64,000 nucleotides of DNA, taken from contig JAAFGX010000004.1 of assembly GCA_010365115.1 (NCBI GenBank), positions 14,027 to 78,026 on the forward strand, given 5' to 3'. Below are positions 20,161 to 31,359 of this stretch, piece after piece. Within the stretch, counting starts at the first letter, position 1. Each line of letters begins with the position of its first letter. The translations under genes and the position numbers were made by a program. The DNA comes from Paludibacter sp. GTDB taxonomy: Bacteria; Bacteroidota; Bacteroidia; Bacteroidales; Paludibacteraceae. Under the pieces are notes generated by a model. That model was not told where the DNA came from. It searched no databases and saw nothing but the letters and a program-made list of their open reading frames with translations.

Positions 20161-21531
20161 CTACTTACTCTTTAAAAGTTCATTTGCAAATTCAATCAGG
20201 TTTATACCCGAAAAGTTACCAGAAGTCATCAGTAACAAAGCCGTGTTATCAAAATTCAACTCACGCAGTTTCTTCTGCAAAGAATTTGAATCGGTAAAAA
20301 CTACAATATTAGTACCTCCAAAAGCTTGCTTTACTTGCTCTGGCAGAATTTCATTTAATCGTTTATGCTTAATAACTTCTGGGTTGTAATACACAAAGGC
20401 TATGTCAGCTTCTTTCATGCAATCCGCATATTGAGGCAAAAAATCTTCAGTTAAACTGCTAAACGTATGCAATTCCATGCAAGCCACCAATTTACGATCG
20501 GGATATTGATGTTTTACGGCTTGAACAGTTGCTTTTAGTTTTGAAGGTGAATGAGCAAAATCCTTAAATGCTACTGAATTTTCTGTTTCTGTAATTTTCT
20601 GAAGTCGGTTTGAAGCACCAGGAAAATCGCAGATAACGGAATAAAACTGATCATCATTTACGCCAATCTGTTTACAGGCTAGGCGAGCTGCATTCATATT
20701 CTGAAGATTGTGTTCTCCAAAAACTTTTAATTGTACTTCGCCTTTTTTGGTAATTAGATACGTAATCCCATTTCTGACTTCATGTTTTGGTGTATTGTAC
20801 GGAAATGGCACAATATCGCGACGTAAATGTTGAGCTATTTCGTTAAGTTTTTCATCGCCATCAAAATAGATCAAACGACCTTGAATTTCCATTAATTGAG
20901 CAAACTTTTCGAATTGTTCCACATAGTTTTCAAAGGTTGGAAAAACATTAATATGATCCCATGCAATGCCTGTTAGAACTGCAATATGTGGTTTGTATAA
21001 GTGGAATTTTGGACGTCGGTCAATTGGAGAGGTGAGATATTCATCGCCTTCAAATACAGCAATTCTAGAATCATAAGATAGCTTCACCATATTATCAAAA
21101 CCTTCAATTTGAGCACCAACCATATAATCAACTTCGATTTTCAGTTGTTTCAACACAAACAATATCATTGCCGTAGTTGTTGTTTTACCATGACTGCCCC
21201 CAATTACAATTCGGGTTTTGCTACGGGTTTGTTGATACAAGTATTCTGGGAAAGAATAAATTTTCAATCTCAACTCTTTGGCTCTTAACAATTCGGGGTT
21301 GTCGATAGTTGCATGCATACCTAAAATAACGGCTGACAATCCTTTATCAATTCGATCTGGAAACCAGCCCATTTTTTCGGGCAATAAACCGTGTTCTTTT
21401 AATCGACTAAGCGATGGTTCGAAAACTTCATCGTCGGAACCTGTTACTTTAAAATTGTTTTTTTTGCTGATAGCTATAGCTAAGTTATGCATGGCTGCTC
21501 CACCTATTGCAATAAAATGTACTCGTTGCAT
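20161..21531 (-). CDS. mpl: Mur ligase, Mpl-like murein peptide ligase
   Basis: HFIAIGGAAMHNLA, GSHGKTTT, EGDEY, DFAHSP. Start placed at MQRVHF (21531) because a TACATTTG box lies at 21586-21593. Confidence 0.8.
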   Translation of the reverse strand: MQRVHFIAIGGAAMHNLAIAISKKNNFKVTGSDDEVFEPSLSRLKEHGLLPEKMGWFPDRIDKGLSAVILGMHATIDNPELLRAKELRLKIYSFPEYLYQQTRSKTRIVIGGSHGKTTTTAMILFVLKQLKIEVDYMVGAQIEGFDNMVKLSYDSRIAVFEGDEYLTSPIDRRPKFHLYKPHIAVLTGIAWDHINVFPTFENYVEQFEKFAQLMEIQGRLIYFDGDEKLNEIAQHLRRDIVPFPYNTPKHEVRNGITYLITKKGEVQLKVFGEHNLQNMNAARLACKQIGVNDDQFYSVICDFPGASNRLQKITETENSVAFKDFAHSPSKLKATVQAVKHQYPDRKLVACMELHTFSSLTEDFLPQYADCMKEADIAFVYYNPEVIKHKRLNEILPEQVKQAFGGTNIVVFTDSNSLQKKLRELNFDNTALLLMTSGNFSGINLIEFANELLKSK

Positions 21532-21751
21532 ACGATTGGCAATTGAATGAATTTTGTTATTTTTGCTGAAAATATTTTTAATCTGCAAATGTACTAAAAA
21601 GTTTGTCAAGTTCACTAAATTAAAAGTGTTCTTAAAGTTTGGACAGTTCATAAATATCATGAAGATTACAGACTTTAATACAACACAATTTCACATTAGC
21701 ACAACGGTATATAAAACGATATCAACTTTCTAATATTATAATCCTTAAAAT

Positions 21752-22582
21752 ATGAAATTATACAAAATTGAAGCAGGGAATTTTCAGGTAGATGGAGGTG
21801 CTATATTTGGGGTAGTACCAAAACGGGTTTGGCAAAAAAGATATCCCTGTAACGAAGAAAATTCTTGCAGACTAACCATGCGCTGCTTATTAGTTGACAC
21901 CGGTGAAAAATTGATTCTAATTGATTCAGGCACAGGTGATAAGCAATTGGAATACTTAAAGTATTATGATTTCGAAGGCGTTATCAACTTCGAAACTGAA
22001 CTGAATAAACTTGGTTATAAATGTTCGGAAATTACAGATGTGATTCTTACCCACTTGCATTTTGATCATTGCGGTGGTTGCACCAAATATAATGACGATC
22101 GGTCAAAAGTAGAAATGACATTCCCCAATGCAACTCACTGGGTGGGTGAGTCACAATGGAAGAATTTTTTAGAACCCAATATTCGTGAAGGCGATTCGTA
22201 TTTCCCTGAAAATATGTTGCCGATTCAGGAAAATGGAAAATTGAAATTAGTTTCTGAAAACCAATTTATTTGTCCCGAAGTGGAAATACGGCTTTTCAAT
22301 GGTCACACAGTTGGTCAATTAGTCAGTTATATTAACACCGGACAAAAAACCTATGTTTATGTTGGGGATGTTATTCCTGTTTCAGCCACCGTTCCTGTAT
22401 CTTGGATTTCTGCTTACGATACCTATCCAATTACAGCCATGGCCGAAAAGAAAGTTTTACTGGATGAAGCTGTTGCAAAGCATCAGATTTTGTTTTTCGA
22501 ACACGATGCATACACCGAATGCTGCACTGTAAAGGATATGTATGGAAAATACAGGGTAGAAGATAGTTTTCCCATACAATAA
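21752..22582 (+). CDS. MBL-fold metallo-hydrolase (YtnP-like)
   Basis: DGGAIFGVVPK, THLHFDHCGG, GHTVG, FEHD. Confidence 0.9.
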   Translation: MKLYKIEAGNFQVDGGAIFGVVPKRVWQKRYPCNEENSCRLTMRCLLVDTGEKLILIDSGTGDKQLEYLKYYDFEGVINFETELNKLGYKCSEITDVILTHLHFDHCGGCTKYNDDRSKVEMTFPNATHWVGESQWKNFLEPNIREGDSYFPENMLPIQENGKLKLVSENQFICPEVEIRLFNGHTVGQLVSYINTGQKTYVYVGDVIPVSATVPVSWISAYDTYPITAMAEKKVLLDEAVAKHQILFFEHDAYTECCTVKDMYGKYRVEDSFPIQ

Positions 22583-22702
22583 AAACAACTGCCAATTATT
22601 TACTATAAACCATCTTAAGACAAAGATATTTCTAAAGACTGTCAATAAAAAAAATAGCTTAATTAGTTTTGCTTGTGCTAAATAATTTGAAAATTGGTCT
22701 TA

Positions 22703-22786
22703 AAGTCCCCAAATACTATTTTCCTTTATCCTTCTCTTTTAGGAGAAGGTGTCCGAAGGACGGAAGAGGTCGGGGGATTTGGGGGC
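22703..22786. repeat. Nested GC-rich palindromic repeat
   Basis: AAGTCCCC...GGGGGATTTGGGGGC outer element enclosing CCTTCTCTTTTAGGAGAAGGTGTCCGAAGGACGGAAGAGG. Confidence 0.7.
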
Positions 22787-22795
22787 TCTACCAAA

Positions 22796-23323
22796 CTATT
22801 TCTGATCCTCTTCCATAAACCATCCGGCATACATGGCATACTGATGAGCAATTTTTCGGTTCATTTCGTTGGCTTGTTCGGGTTCTACATTTTTCACAAA
22901 CTTGGCCGGAACACCCGCCCAAAGAGTGAAAGGTGGAATTTTTGTGTTGCTTAACACCAAAGCTCCGGCAGCAACTATTGCCCCTTCACCTATTTCGGCA
23001 TAATCGAGCAATGTAGCTCCCATTCCAATTAAAGCATAATTATTTATTTTTGCTCCGTGAACTGTCACATTGTGTCCGATAGAAACAAAATCGCCAATTT
23101 CAACAGTCGATTTTTCGTATAAAGTATGTAAAACAGAACCATCCTGAATGTTCACATTATTTCCGATGCGAATTGAATTCACATCACCTCGCAACACTGC
23201 ATTGAACCATACACTGCAACCATCACCCATAATTACATCGCCAACAACGGTAGCGTTTTCAGCCAAATAACAATTTTCACCCATTTGCGGAGTAAAACCC
23301 CGAACCGATTTTATTAATGCCAT
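22796..23323 (-). CDS. Gamma carbonic anhydrase family (hexapeptide repeat) protein
   Basis: VWFNAVLRGD, NIQDGSVLH, IGHNVTVHG. Confidence 0.93.
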   Translation of the reverse strand: MALIKSVRGFTPQMGENCYLAENATVVGDVIMGDGCSVWFNAVLRGDVNSIRIGNNVNIQDGSVLHTLYEKSTVEIGDFVSIGHNVTVHGAKINNYALIGMGATLLDYAEIGEGAIVAAGALVLSNTKIPPFTLWAGVPAKFVKNVEPEQANEMNRKIAHQYAMYAGWFMEEDQK

Positions 23324-23605
23324 AATATTTTTATTTCAAAACTTGTTGATATTTTAATTCTTATGTGCAAAGATACTGTTCTTGTGAGAATTTCAAAAAC
23401 TGAAATATATTATTCTAGCAACTTCCTCTGTATAATTTTGCCAAACTGACAAATTCATCGTGACTTCAATACTAAATTTATATAAATATAAGATTCTAAA
23501 TCCTCTATAAACACCTCATTTTCAATAAACATTTTAGTTTAACTCAAACTAAACTTTACATTGACTATCTTTGCAAACAAACAAAAACATACAAACACAT
23601 TAGAA

Positions 23606-24577
23606 ATGCCCGATAAAAAGAAAGTACATCCAATAGAAAAAGTTGTTTTACATCCTCAAAATAAACATCGCGAACGTTATGATTTTGCCAAACTCACAGT
23701 AACTTGCCCTGAATTGGCTAAATATGTGAAACCAAATGCATTTGGTGATGTTTCCATCGATTTTGCCAACCCAAAAGCTGTAAAATGGTTGAACAAAGCG
23801 CTTTTAAAACAGTATTATTCAGTCGAGTATTGGGATATTCCTACCGGTTATTTATGTCCGCCCATACCTGGCAGAGCCGATTATATTCATCACATTGCTG
23901 AATTATTAGGCAGTTCAAACAATGGCGTAATTCCAACAGGTTACAAAATAAAATGTATGGATATTGGAATTGGAGCAAGTTGTGTTTATCCAATAATTGG
24001 AAATAAAGAATATGGTTGGTCGTTTATAGGTTCTGATATTGATCCAGCAGCATTGAATTCATGTGGAAAAATCATTACTAATAATCATTTTTTGCAACGA
24101 AATATTGAATTGCGAATGCAGGAAAATCCAAAAGATATTTTTCATGGAGTTATGGAACGTACTGAGCCTATTGACTTTGTAGTTTGCAATCCTCCTTTTC
24201 ATGCATCAGCTGAGGATGCTCAGGAAGGAACACTAAAAAAATTAAGTAGTTTAAATCATAAAAAGATTACAACACCAACATTAAACTTTGGCGGACAAAG
24301 CAATGAATTGTGGTGCGAGGGTGGCGAAGTACGTTTTGTTCTTGACATGATTCGTCAAAGCAAGCAATTTGCTTCCAACTGCTTTTGGTTTTCAACTCTA
24401 ATTTCGAAACAATCGCATTTGGATGCTATAAAAGAAGCGTTGAGAACTGCAGGAACTGTTCAGGTAAAAGTTATTCCCATGGGACAAGGCACAAAAGTCA
24501 GTCGGATAGTTGCATGGACATTTTTGAACTCAGCACAACAGAAAAAATGGATAGAGACCCGTTGGAATATATTGTAA
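23606..24577 (+). CDS. rlmF: 23S rRNA m6A1618 methyltransferase RlmF
   Basis: LHPQNKH, LCPPIPGRADYIH, DIGIGASCVYP, CNPPFH, ELWCEGGE, MGQGTK. Start at MPDKKK (23606), after TATCTTTG at 23566-23573. Confidence 0.93.
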   Translation: MPDKKKVHPIEKVVLHPQNKHRERYDFAKLTVTCPELAKYVKPNAFGDVSIDFANPKAVKWLNKALLKQYYSVEYWDIPTGYLCPPIPGRADYIHHIAELLGSSNNGVIPTGYKIKCMDIGIGASCVYPIIGNKEYGWSFIGSDIDPAALNSCGKIITNNHFLQRNIELRMQENPKDIFHGVMERTEPIDFVVCNPPFHASAEDAQEGTLKKLSSLNHKKITTPTLNFGGQSNELWCEGGEVRFVLDMIRQSKQFASNCFWFSTLISKQSHLDAIKEALRTAGTVQVKVIPMGQGTKVSRIVAWTFLNSAQQKKWIETRWNIL

Positions 24578-24714
24578 AACATTGACACTTAAAATCCTCA
24601 ACTTTAACGATAAAGTTCACTAAAATTGAACATAAGTAATTGGTTTTTCGTTTTAATTAAAAATTGTTTGAATTAAAAATCAAACAACATTTAAACTTCT
24701 AAAATAGAAAAATC

Positions 24715-25371
24715 ATGTTAAAGATCGCTGTTTTAGGAACTGGAACAGTTGGAGACACTGTCGGTTCAAAGTTAATAGAATTGGGACACTCGGTAATGAT
24801 GGGTTCACGAACCCACAACAATGAAAAGGCATTGGCATTTGTTGCCAAAAACAATGAAAAAGCGAGTGCCGGGACTTTTGCCGAAGCAGCAGAATATGGA
24901 GAAATAATATTCAATTGCACCTCGGGAATGGGTTCATTGGAAGCTTTAAAGATGGCTGGAGAAAAAAACTTGAACTGTAAAATCATTGTGGACATTGCCA
25001 ATCCACTGGATTTTTCAAAAGGAATGCCTCCAAGTTTGTTTGTTTCAAATACCAATTCGTTGGGAGAAGAAATTCAAAAAGCTTTTCCAATGGCAATGGT
25101 AGTGAAAACACTGAATACTATGTGGTGTGGAATAATGGTAAACCCTTCATTGATAAATGGCGGTGATCATAATGTATTTATGAGCGGGAACGATGGCGAT
25201 GCAAAAAACCAGATAAAGGAAATTTTAAAATCTTTTGGTTGGGCTGAAAAAAACATTGTAGATTTTGGCAATATTGAAACTGCCAGAAGCACAGAAATGT
25301 ATTTACCATTGTGGCTAAGCATCTTTGGAAAAGAAAAAAACGGTGCGTTTAATATCAAAATTATAAAATAA
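24715..25371 (+). CDS. NADP oxidoreductase, F420-dependent NADP reductase-like family
   Basis: GTGTVG Rossmann motif, DIANPL, VVKTLNT. Confidence 0.85.
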   Translation: MLKIAVLGTGTVGDTVGSKLIELGHSVMMGSRTHNNEKALAFVAKNNEKASAGTFAEAAEYGEIIFNCTSGMGSLEALKMAGEKNLNCKIIVDIANPLDFSKGMPPSLFVSNTNSLGEEIQKAFPMAMVVKTLNTMWCGIMVNPSLINGGDHNVFMSGNDGDAKNQIKEILKSFGWAEKNIVDFGNIETARSTEMYLPLWLSIFGKEKNGAFNIKIIK

Positions 25372-25400
25372 AAAAAAACAAATACTAAGTCTGATTACGA

Positions 25401-26909
25401 ATGAAATTCTTTTCAACGAATCAAGTCCGTCAGCTCGATCAATACACGATTGAACATATTCCCATTGCATCAATCGATTTAATGGAACGTGCTGCAGAAA
25501 GATTATATAAAAAATTCACAGAGCATTTCACCGCTAAACAAAATGTGTGCATTTTTGCAGGACAGGGCAATAATGGCGGCGATGCTTTGGCATTGGCACG
25601 TTTGTTATTAAAATCGGACTATAACGTTTCTGTTATTTTAATTCATTCCAGTTCACTTTCTGCCGATTGTAAAATCAACAGGCAACGTTTGATTTCTGAT
25701 TTCCCAAAAACGATAAAGGAGCTTACTCATCAATTTGTTGCGCCTGAAATATATCACGAAACAATAATTATTGATGGACTTTTTGGTTCGGGTTTGAGTC
25801 GGCCTGTGTCAGGAGTTTTTGCTGAAGCGATTGAATGGATCAATCAAACCGGAAATAAAGTTGTTGCCATTGATATTCCTTCCGGATTACAAGGTGAAGA
25901 GAATCAATTGACAGATAAATCCATTGTTGTTAAAGCAAATTATACATTTAGCCTGCAATTTCCGAAGTTAGCGTTTCTATTTGCCGAAAATGCTCCGTAT
26001 GTTGGGAGCTGGGAAATACTGGATATTGGCATACATCCCGAAGCAATTAAGCAAACTTCCAGCAACTTATTTTATTTGACTCAAAATGATATAAAACCAC
26101 TTTTAAAAATCCGCACTAAATTCAGTCATAAAGGCAGTTTTGGTCATGCATTGATTATTGCAGGGAGCAAAGGAATGGCTGGAGCATCGGTGTTATCATC
26201 TAAAGCGGCTTTACGTTCCGGAGCAGGTTTAGTGTCGGTTCACGGACCGGAAACCAATCGGGTTATTGTTCAAAGTGCAGTTCCCGAAGTTATATTTCAA
26301 TCGGATTCTCACCCCGATTTTATAACTGAAGTTGATAGTATTGAAAGATTTGATGCAATTGCGATTGGTCCTGGAATTGGAACACAATCCGGTACAATAG
26401 AAATGCTCCGAAATTTATTGTCGAAAATGACAAAGCCTTGTATTCTTGATGCCGATGCACTTAATATTATTAGTCAAAATTTTGATTTACTTGAGTTGAT
26501 TCCTAAAAACAGCATTATAACTCCCCATCCAAAAGAGTTTGAACGTATTTTCGGCGAAAGCAAATCTTCTTACCACAGAATGATAAAAGCGCAAGAAGCT
26601 TCCATGAGGTATCAAATCATTATCATTTTAAAAGGAGCTCACACGCTCATTGCACTGCCGAATGCATCTCTATTTTTCAATAGTACAGGAAATTCGGGAA
26701 TGGCTACAGCCGGATCGGGCGATGTGCTCACTGGGATGTTGGTGGGATTGATGGCGCAAGGTTATAATCCAGATGAAACTGCAAAAATCGGCATTTTTCT
26801 TCATGGACTAGCGGGCGATTTGGCATTAAAAAATGAATCGAAAGAAACACTTATTGCAAGTGATATCATCAATAATTTGGGTAATGCTTTTAACGTATTG
26901 AATCAATAA
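25401..26909 (+). CDS. nnr: Bifunctional NAD(P)H-hydrate epimerase/dehydratase
   Basis: LMERAA, GNNGGD, DGLFGSG, DIPSG, HKGSFG, DADAL, TPHPKEF, ATAGSGDVL. Confidence 0.95.
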   Translation: MKFFSTNQVRQLDQYTIEHIPIASIDLMERAAERLYKKFTEHFTAKQNVCIFAGQGNNGGDALALARLLLKSDYNVSVILIHSSSLSADCKINRQRLISDFPKTIKELTHQFVAPEIYHETIIIDGLFGSGLSRPVSGVFAEAIEWINQTGNKVVAIDIPSGLQGEENQLTDKSIVVKANYTFSLQFPKLAFLFAENAPYVGSWEILDIGIHPEAIKQTSSNLFYLTQNDIKPLLKIRTKFSHKGSFGHALIIAGSKGMAGASVLSSKAALRSGAGLVSVHGPETNRVIVQSAVPEVIFQSDSHPDFITEVDSIERFDAIAIGPGIGTQSGTIEMLRNLLSKMTKPCILDADALNIISQNFDLLELIPKNSIITPHPKEFERIFGESKSSYHRMIKAQEASMRYQIIIILKGAHTLIALPNASLFFNSTGNSGMATAGSGDVLTGMLVGLMAQGYNPDETAKIGIFLHGLAGDLALKNESKETLIASDIINNLGNAFNVLNQ

Positions 26910-26919
26910 AAAAACTAGA

Positions 26920-26957
26920 AGAGGTTATCTCAAATTATTACACTTGAAATAACCTCT
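26920..26957. terminator. Hairpin between convergent nnr and acyl-CoA dehydrogenase genes
   Basis: AGAGGTTATCTCAA...TTGAAATAACCTCT. Confidence 0.55.
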
Positions 26958-26963
26958 ACTATA

Positions 26964-28538
26964 TTAAGCAATTACAAATTCCGACCAATCACTTCCGGTT
27001 TCATAATCCGGCACAACAATAGCATTTTGAGCATAATTGAAATTTGCCATTAGTTGAGTTACTTCTTGTTTAATAATGGATATTGCATTTTCAATCATGT
27101 CATTTCTGAAACCTGACTCACCAAGTCGTACAACCAAATCGAGTGTTGCAATGCGACTAAGTGCTTTGCCAAACTCCACAAATTTACGCTGTGACATTTG
27201 AGTGTTTATTTCAAAATTCAATAATTCTTTCAAAAATAACGCAGCATTTGATGTCATTGCGTGTTCTTTTAAAAATGAAAAAACATGACTTTCTTTTGCT
27301 GTTTTCATTTGCTTAAGGAGCGATTCTGTAATCTGGTTGTAAAGAATATCGTTCGAGCCTTCAAAAATCTGAAACGGCCGGCTATCAACAATTCCTCGCC
27401 CGGCCACATGATTTAGCTTATAAGCTGCCGCTCCCACCAATTGTACTACAATTTGAGCAGACTCTTGCATCAAATCCGAACTTACAGTTTTAATTATATT
27501 GGCTTCGAAACCAAGAGGTGTCAAATCATTTTGAATACCGGCTATTTCGCTGCTTTTAGTACACAAAGCGGAAACGATAGTGTAATTGGCTTGCAGACGG
27601 GCCAAATGCTGCTGTACTTGATCGTACGAAAACAGATTTTTACCACCTACCATGCGTTGCTGGCAATGCATTATGGCTTCGTCGAGCATTCTTTTTACAA
27701 ATCCAAGAGCCATGCCCGGGAATTGCATCCTGCTTCTGTGCAATAAATCCAACAACATCTGAACACCTGTAGTTTTAGGCACGAGGCGCTGCAATTTTGG
27801 GATTTTCACATCCAGAATATTTCTACCGTAAGGAATTTGATATAAACCAAGATTTTCAAATTTTTCATCCACAATAATTTTTTGATCTTGAGCTGAATTA
27901 TCACAAACAAACAAATCAACATCCCTTTGCAAACCTCCATTTGGAGCTAGCCGACGAGCAGTTAACACCCAAAAATCAGCTTGCCCAGTTAATCCTGCCC
28001 AATGTTTTGTGCCTTTCAAATGAAAATGTTTATCCTCTTCGGTAAATGACGTTTGCATATTAAGTGCATCGCTTCCAAAACCGGGCTCGGTAATCATTAA
28101 ACCACCCATGTTTTGGTGATTTAAAAATCGATCGAAAACCCCTGGTTTTATATCTTCCTGACCATATTTTATTACCGGTTGTAGAAAAAGTGCGCTATTA
28201 ATTCCCAATGTCAACGACAGTGATAACGATTCGTACGAAGCTGCTGATAAAAGTGCCAGATTTTGTTGAACATTACCTCCTCTCCCACCATATTCTTTAG
28301 GTATACAAAGTGAATTAGGATTACAAAGCATTATTTTTTGTAATACCTCATCGGGCATACCTCGCTGAACGCTAAACTGATCTATGTTATGATCTTCGTG
28401 AAATACAGTTTTTAGAGTTGATTTAAATTTATTGAGAAATGATTCGAATGAGATTTGAGGTAAGACAGCTTTTGTTTCCATAACTGAAATGTCGGGAGAA
28501 TTTAAGTTTATTATTTGCATTATATTATTTGTGTTCAT
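26964..28538 (-). CDS. Acyl-CoA dehydrogenase family protein
   Basis: IPKEYGG, ITEPGFGSDA, LKGTKHW, QIFEGSNDI. Confidence 0.88.
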   Translation of the reverse strand: MNTNNIMQIINLNSPDISVMETKAVLPQISFESFLNKFKSTLKTVFHEDHNIDQFSVQRGMPDEVLQKIMLCNPNSLCIPKEYGGRGGNVQQNLALLSAASYESLSLSLTLGINSALFLQPVIKYGQEDIKPGVFDRFLNHQNMGGLMITEPGFGSDALNMQTSFTEEDKHFHLKGTKHWAGLTGQADFWVLTARRLAPNGGLQRDVDLFVCDNSAQDQKIIVDEKFENLGLYQIPYGRNILDVKIPKLQRLVPKTTGVQMLLDLLHRSRMQFPGMALGFVKRMLDEAIMHCQQRMVGGKNLFSYDQVQQHLARLQANYTIVSALCTKSSEIAGIQNDLTPLGFEANIIKTVSSDLMQESAQIVVQLVGAAAYKLNHVAGRGIVDSRPFQIFEGSNDILYNQITESLLKQMKTAKESHVFSFLKEHAMTSNAALFLKELLNFEINTQMSQRKFVEFGKALSRIATLDLVVRLGESGFRNDMIENAISIIKQEVTQLMANFNYAQNAIVVPDYETGSDWSEFVIA

Positions 28539-28833
28539 TTAAAATAAAAAAAACTGAATTTTAAAAATTCAATTTTAAAACAACCGTATCTTCTAATTGT
28601 TTAGTCTTTATTAGATTTAAACCTCTTTTAAGGTAATAACGGAAGACAAGTATCATCGGAATAGTTCATCTATTAATCTTAAATTCCATATATTTACAAA
28701 TTCACAATCGCTATTTAAAAAAAGGTTAAATAATTAAACTATAACAAGTTTTACAATGAATTTAATTGAAAAATCAACAAATTTGCTTTACTTTGCGCCC
28801 TGTTAATAATACTATTAAATACATAAATTAAAC

Positions 28834-29460
28834 ATGGAAAATAATATTGAATTTTCAACCGAACAAATGATCCTAAAAGTAGCTCAAAGACTATTTTTGG
28901 AAAAAGGCTTCGCGTTGACTTCAACTACAGAAATTGCGAAAGCCGTAGGATGCAATCAAGCTTTGGTACATTATTATTTTAGAACAAAGGATAACTTGTT
29001 TAATACAATTTTTGAACAAAAATTCAAAATGTTCTTTGTCAGTATTTTTGAAACAAAAAACATGGAAGAATCTTCATTTCAGGATAAAATAAAGCACATC
29101 ATCGAAGCACATTTCGACATGGTTAAAGCAAATTCAAAACTACCACTTTTAATTATTAATGAATTCTCAAGAAGACCGGAACAGGTCAAAATTCTAAAAG
29201 AAAAACTTCAACCAATTGCCGAGCAAGCATTTGTAAATTTAAATAAAGAATTGGAAAATGAAATTGATGCCGGTCGAATTCAGAATGTAACTTTGATTGA
29301 TTTAATGGTTACTTTGATCTCGCTTAATCTTACATTATTTTTATTAATGCCACTTGCAGTTGAAATGCTAACAATTAGTGATTCTCAAAAAGAAATAATG
29401 TATCAACATCGCAAATCTGAACATATAAAAATTATTCTAAATTATTTAAGACCAAATTAA
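28834..29460 (+). CDS. TetR/AcrR family regulator
   Basis: FLEKGFALTSTTEIAKAVGCNQALVHYYFRTK HTH. Confidence 0.92.
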   Translation: MENNIEFSTEQMILKVAQRLFLEKGFALTSTTEIAKAVGCNQALVHYYFRTKDNLFNTIFEQKFKMFFVSIFETKNMEESSFQDKIKHIIEAHFDMVKANSKLPLLIINEFSRRPEQVKILKEKLQPIAEQAFVNLNKELENEIDAGRIQNVTLIDLMVTLISLNLTLFLLMPLAVEMLTISDSQKEIMYQHRKSEHIKIILNYLRPN

Positions 29461-29524
29461 TATAATCAACTTATTTATTTCATTTCGTTAGAAACCTTTT
29501 TTAAACTTATTATTATTATTAAAT

Positions 29525-31099
29525 ATGCAAGTAACAGTAAATAGAAGAAATATTATTTTTTCACCAGATCCTTCAAGAATCATAGCCCGTTTTTTATATC
29601 TAAGTGATGACAGATCTGCAGAGATTATCAGAAAAGTACTGGCAATGCCAGAAAAAGAAATAAGCACTGCCATGAGTCAATTATTAAGAGGTTATTCTCG
29701 TCGTCACAGAAACATTTCAAAAGTTTTTGAAAAATACTTTAGCAGAGTGGCTCAAATACTAGAGAAAATGAAAGTGAATGAGGAGGATTTAACGTTACAG
29801 CAAAGGGCACTTATAGGTTCATATTTCACAATGGAATATTCGATTGAATCTGCTGCATTTTTTAATCCCTCTATAGTTGCACATCCTGACCAATCAGAAA
29901 TCAGATCGGATGAAATGCGTGTTATATTTAGTTTTCGCGCTACCGGTGAAGGTCACATTTCATCCATAGTTTTTCGATCGGGGATTCTTGATAAAGACAA
30001 CAATCTCACTATCGAACCAGTTGGAAAAATGTTGGCAGAAGCTGATGTAATTAAAAGAAATGTTTATGATAAAAAAGTTTTTAAGAAGAAATTGAAAGAT
30101 TTGCATGATCAGGGAGTAACTTTAAATCCTACTTTTTTAGAAAAATCGGATGTTGTACACGTTCAGGATACTGTTCCTAAACCTGGAACTTCAGAAATCG
30201 AACAGGAACATAAAGCAGTTATTTCATCTGCATTTATTTTAGATAAACTGAATGATAGTTTTACTTATGGCGATTTAATGAGGAATATTGAAATAGCGAG
30301 AAAAAACCCAGAAACTACTGAAGATCAGATAAAATTGATTATTCAAATGATGTGGCTTGCTTCTTCTCATTACGAAATTCATTTTTCTATTGACTCTGCT
30401 ATCTCCGAAAGGGTTATTTTCCCTATTTCGGCTACCGAACAAAAAGGGATTGAAGATGCTCGTTTCGTTAAATTTACAGATGATGACGGTGAAATAACTT
30501 ATTATGCAACGTATACGGCTTACGACGGAATGGCTATTTTACCCAAATTAATAAGCACAAAAGATTTCTACGATTTCAAAATTTTACCGTTAAATGGCGA
30601 GATTGCACAAAACAAAGGTATGGCACTTTTCCCACGAAAAATAAATGGAAAATATGCCATGTTATGCAGAATTGACGGTGTGAATAATTATATAGCCTAT
30701 TCAGACAGCATAAACATTTGGCGTGAAGCAAAAATATTACAAGAACCAAAATATCCATGGGAATTAGTGCAAATTGGGAATTCAGGGTCACCAATTGAGA
30801 CTGAAGAAGGTTGGTTGATTATTACTCATGCTGTAGGGCCCATGCGCGAATATTCATTGAGTGCCTCACTTTACGACCTCAACAATCCTGAAATTGAAAT
30901 AGGAAGACTAAATAAACCGTTATTAACACCAAACGAAACAGAAAGAGAAGGTTACGTTCCAAATGTATTGTATTCGTGTGGTTCAATTATTCATAACGAT
31001 GAACTTGTGATTCCTTATGCAATGTCGGATGATTCATCCACTTATGCTACCGTAAAACTTCGTGAATTGCTGGATGTACTTAAAAATCTAAAAAACTAA
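29525..31099 (+). CDS. GH130-like glycosidase/phosphorylase (beta-propeller) with N-terminal extension
   Basis: FFNPSIV, RATGEGHISS, GIEDARF, YTAYDG, NKGMALFP, EREGYVPNVLYSCG. Confidence 0.82.
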   Translation: MQVTVNRRNIIFSPDPSRIIARFLYLSDDRSAEIIRKVLAMPEKEISTAMSQLLRGYSRRHRNISKVFEKYFSRVAQILEKMKVNEEDLTLQQRALIGSYFTMEYSIESAAFFNPSIVAHPDQSEIRSDEMRVIFSFRATGEGHISSIVFRSGILDKDNNLTIEPVGKMLAEADVIKRNVYDKKVFKKKLKDLHDQGVTLNPTFLEKSDVVHVQDTVPKPGTSEIEQEHKAVISSAFILDKLNDSFTYGDLMRNIEIARKNPETTEDQIKLIIQMMWLASSHYEIHFSIDSAISERVIFPISATEQKGIEDARFVKFTDDDGEITYYATYTAYDGMAILPKLISTKDFYDFKILPLNGEIAQNKGMALFPRKINGKYAMLCRIDGVNNYIAYSDSINIWREAKILQEPKYPWELVQIGNSGSPIETEEGWLIITHAVGPMREYSLSASLYDLNNPEIEIGRLNKPLLTPNETEREGYVPNVLYSCGSIIHNDELVIPYAMSDDSSTYATVKLRELLDVLKNLKN

Positions 31100-31175
31100 G
31101 ATGGATAGCCATAATCTAGATTAATTATTGATGAGTTTTTCTAATATTTTTTTTTAATTACACCTAAAAAGTGAC

Positions 31176-31237
31176 GGGACAAGCGGTTTCCTAACCGCTT
31201 GAAATAACCATCAAGCGATTAGGAAATCGCTTGTCCC
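31176..31237. repeat. REP doublet (REPIN-like): two inverted 27-bp palindromic units with an 8-bp spacer
   Basis: GGGACAAGCGGTTTCCTAACCGCTTGA-AATAACCA-TCAAGCGATTAGGAAATCGCTTGTCCC. Confidence 0.8.
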
Positions 31238-31359
31238 TAGTTAGTAGTTTCGTTTATCTTTGAAAAAAAAATCATTAAATTTTTACAAGAACTTAATTAT
31301 CTCAATAACATAAATTTATTTATAAATTTAAAAAAACAGATAAAAGTAAATTAAAAAAT

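Noticed and set aside
21532-21660. 43-aa N-terminal extension of the Mpl-like protein in the ORF track
   Set aside because: A promoter box lies inside it and family similarity begins at MQRVHF.
22694-22954. 86-aa ORF (PSLLGEGVRRTEEVGG)
   Set aside because: It is a translation of the nested palindromic repeat and runs antisense into the carbonic anhydrase gene.
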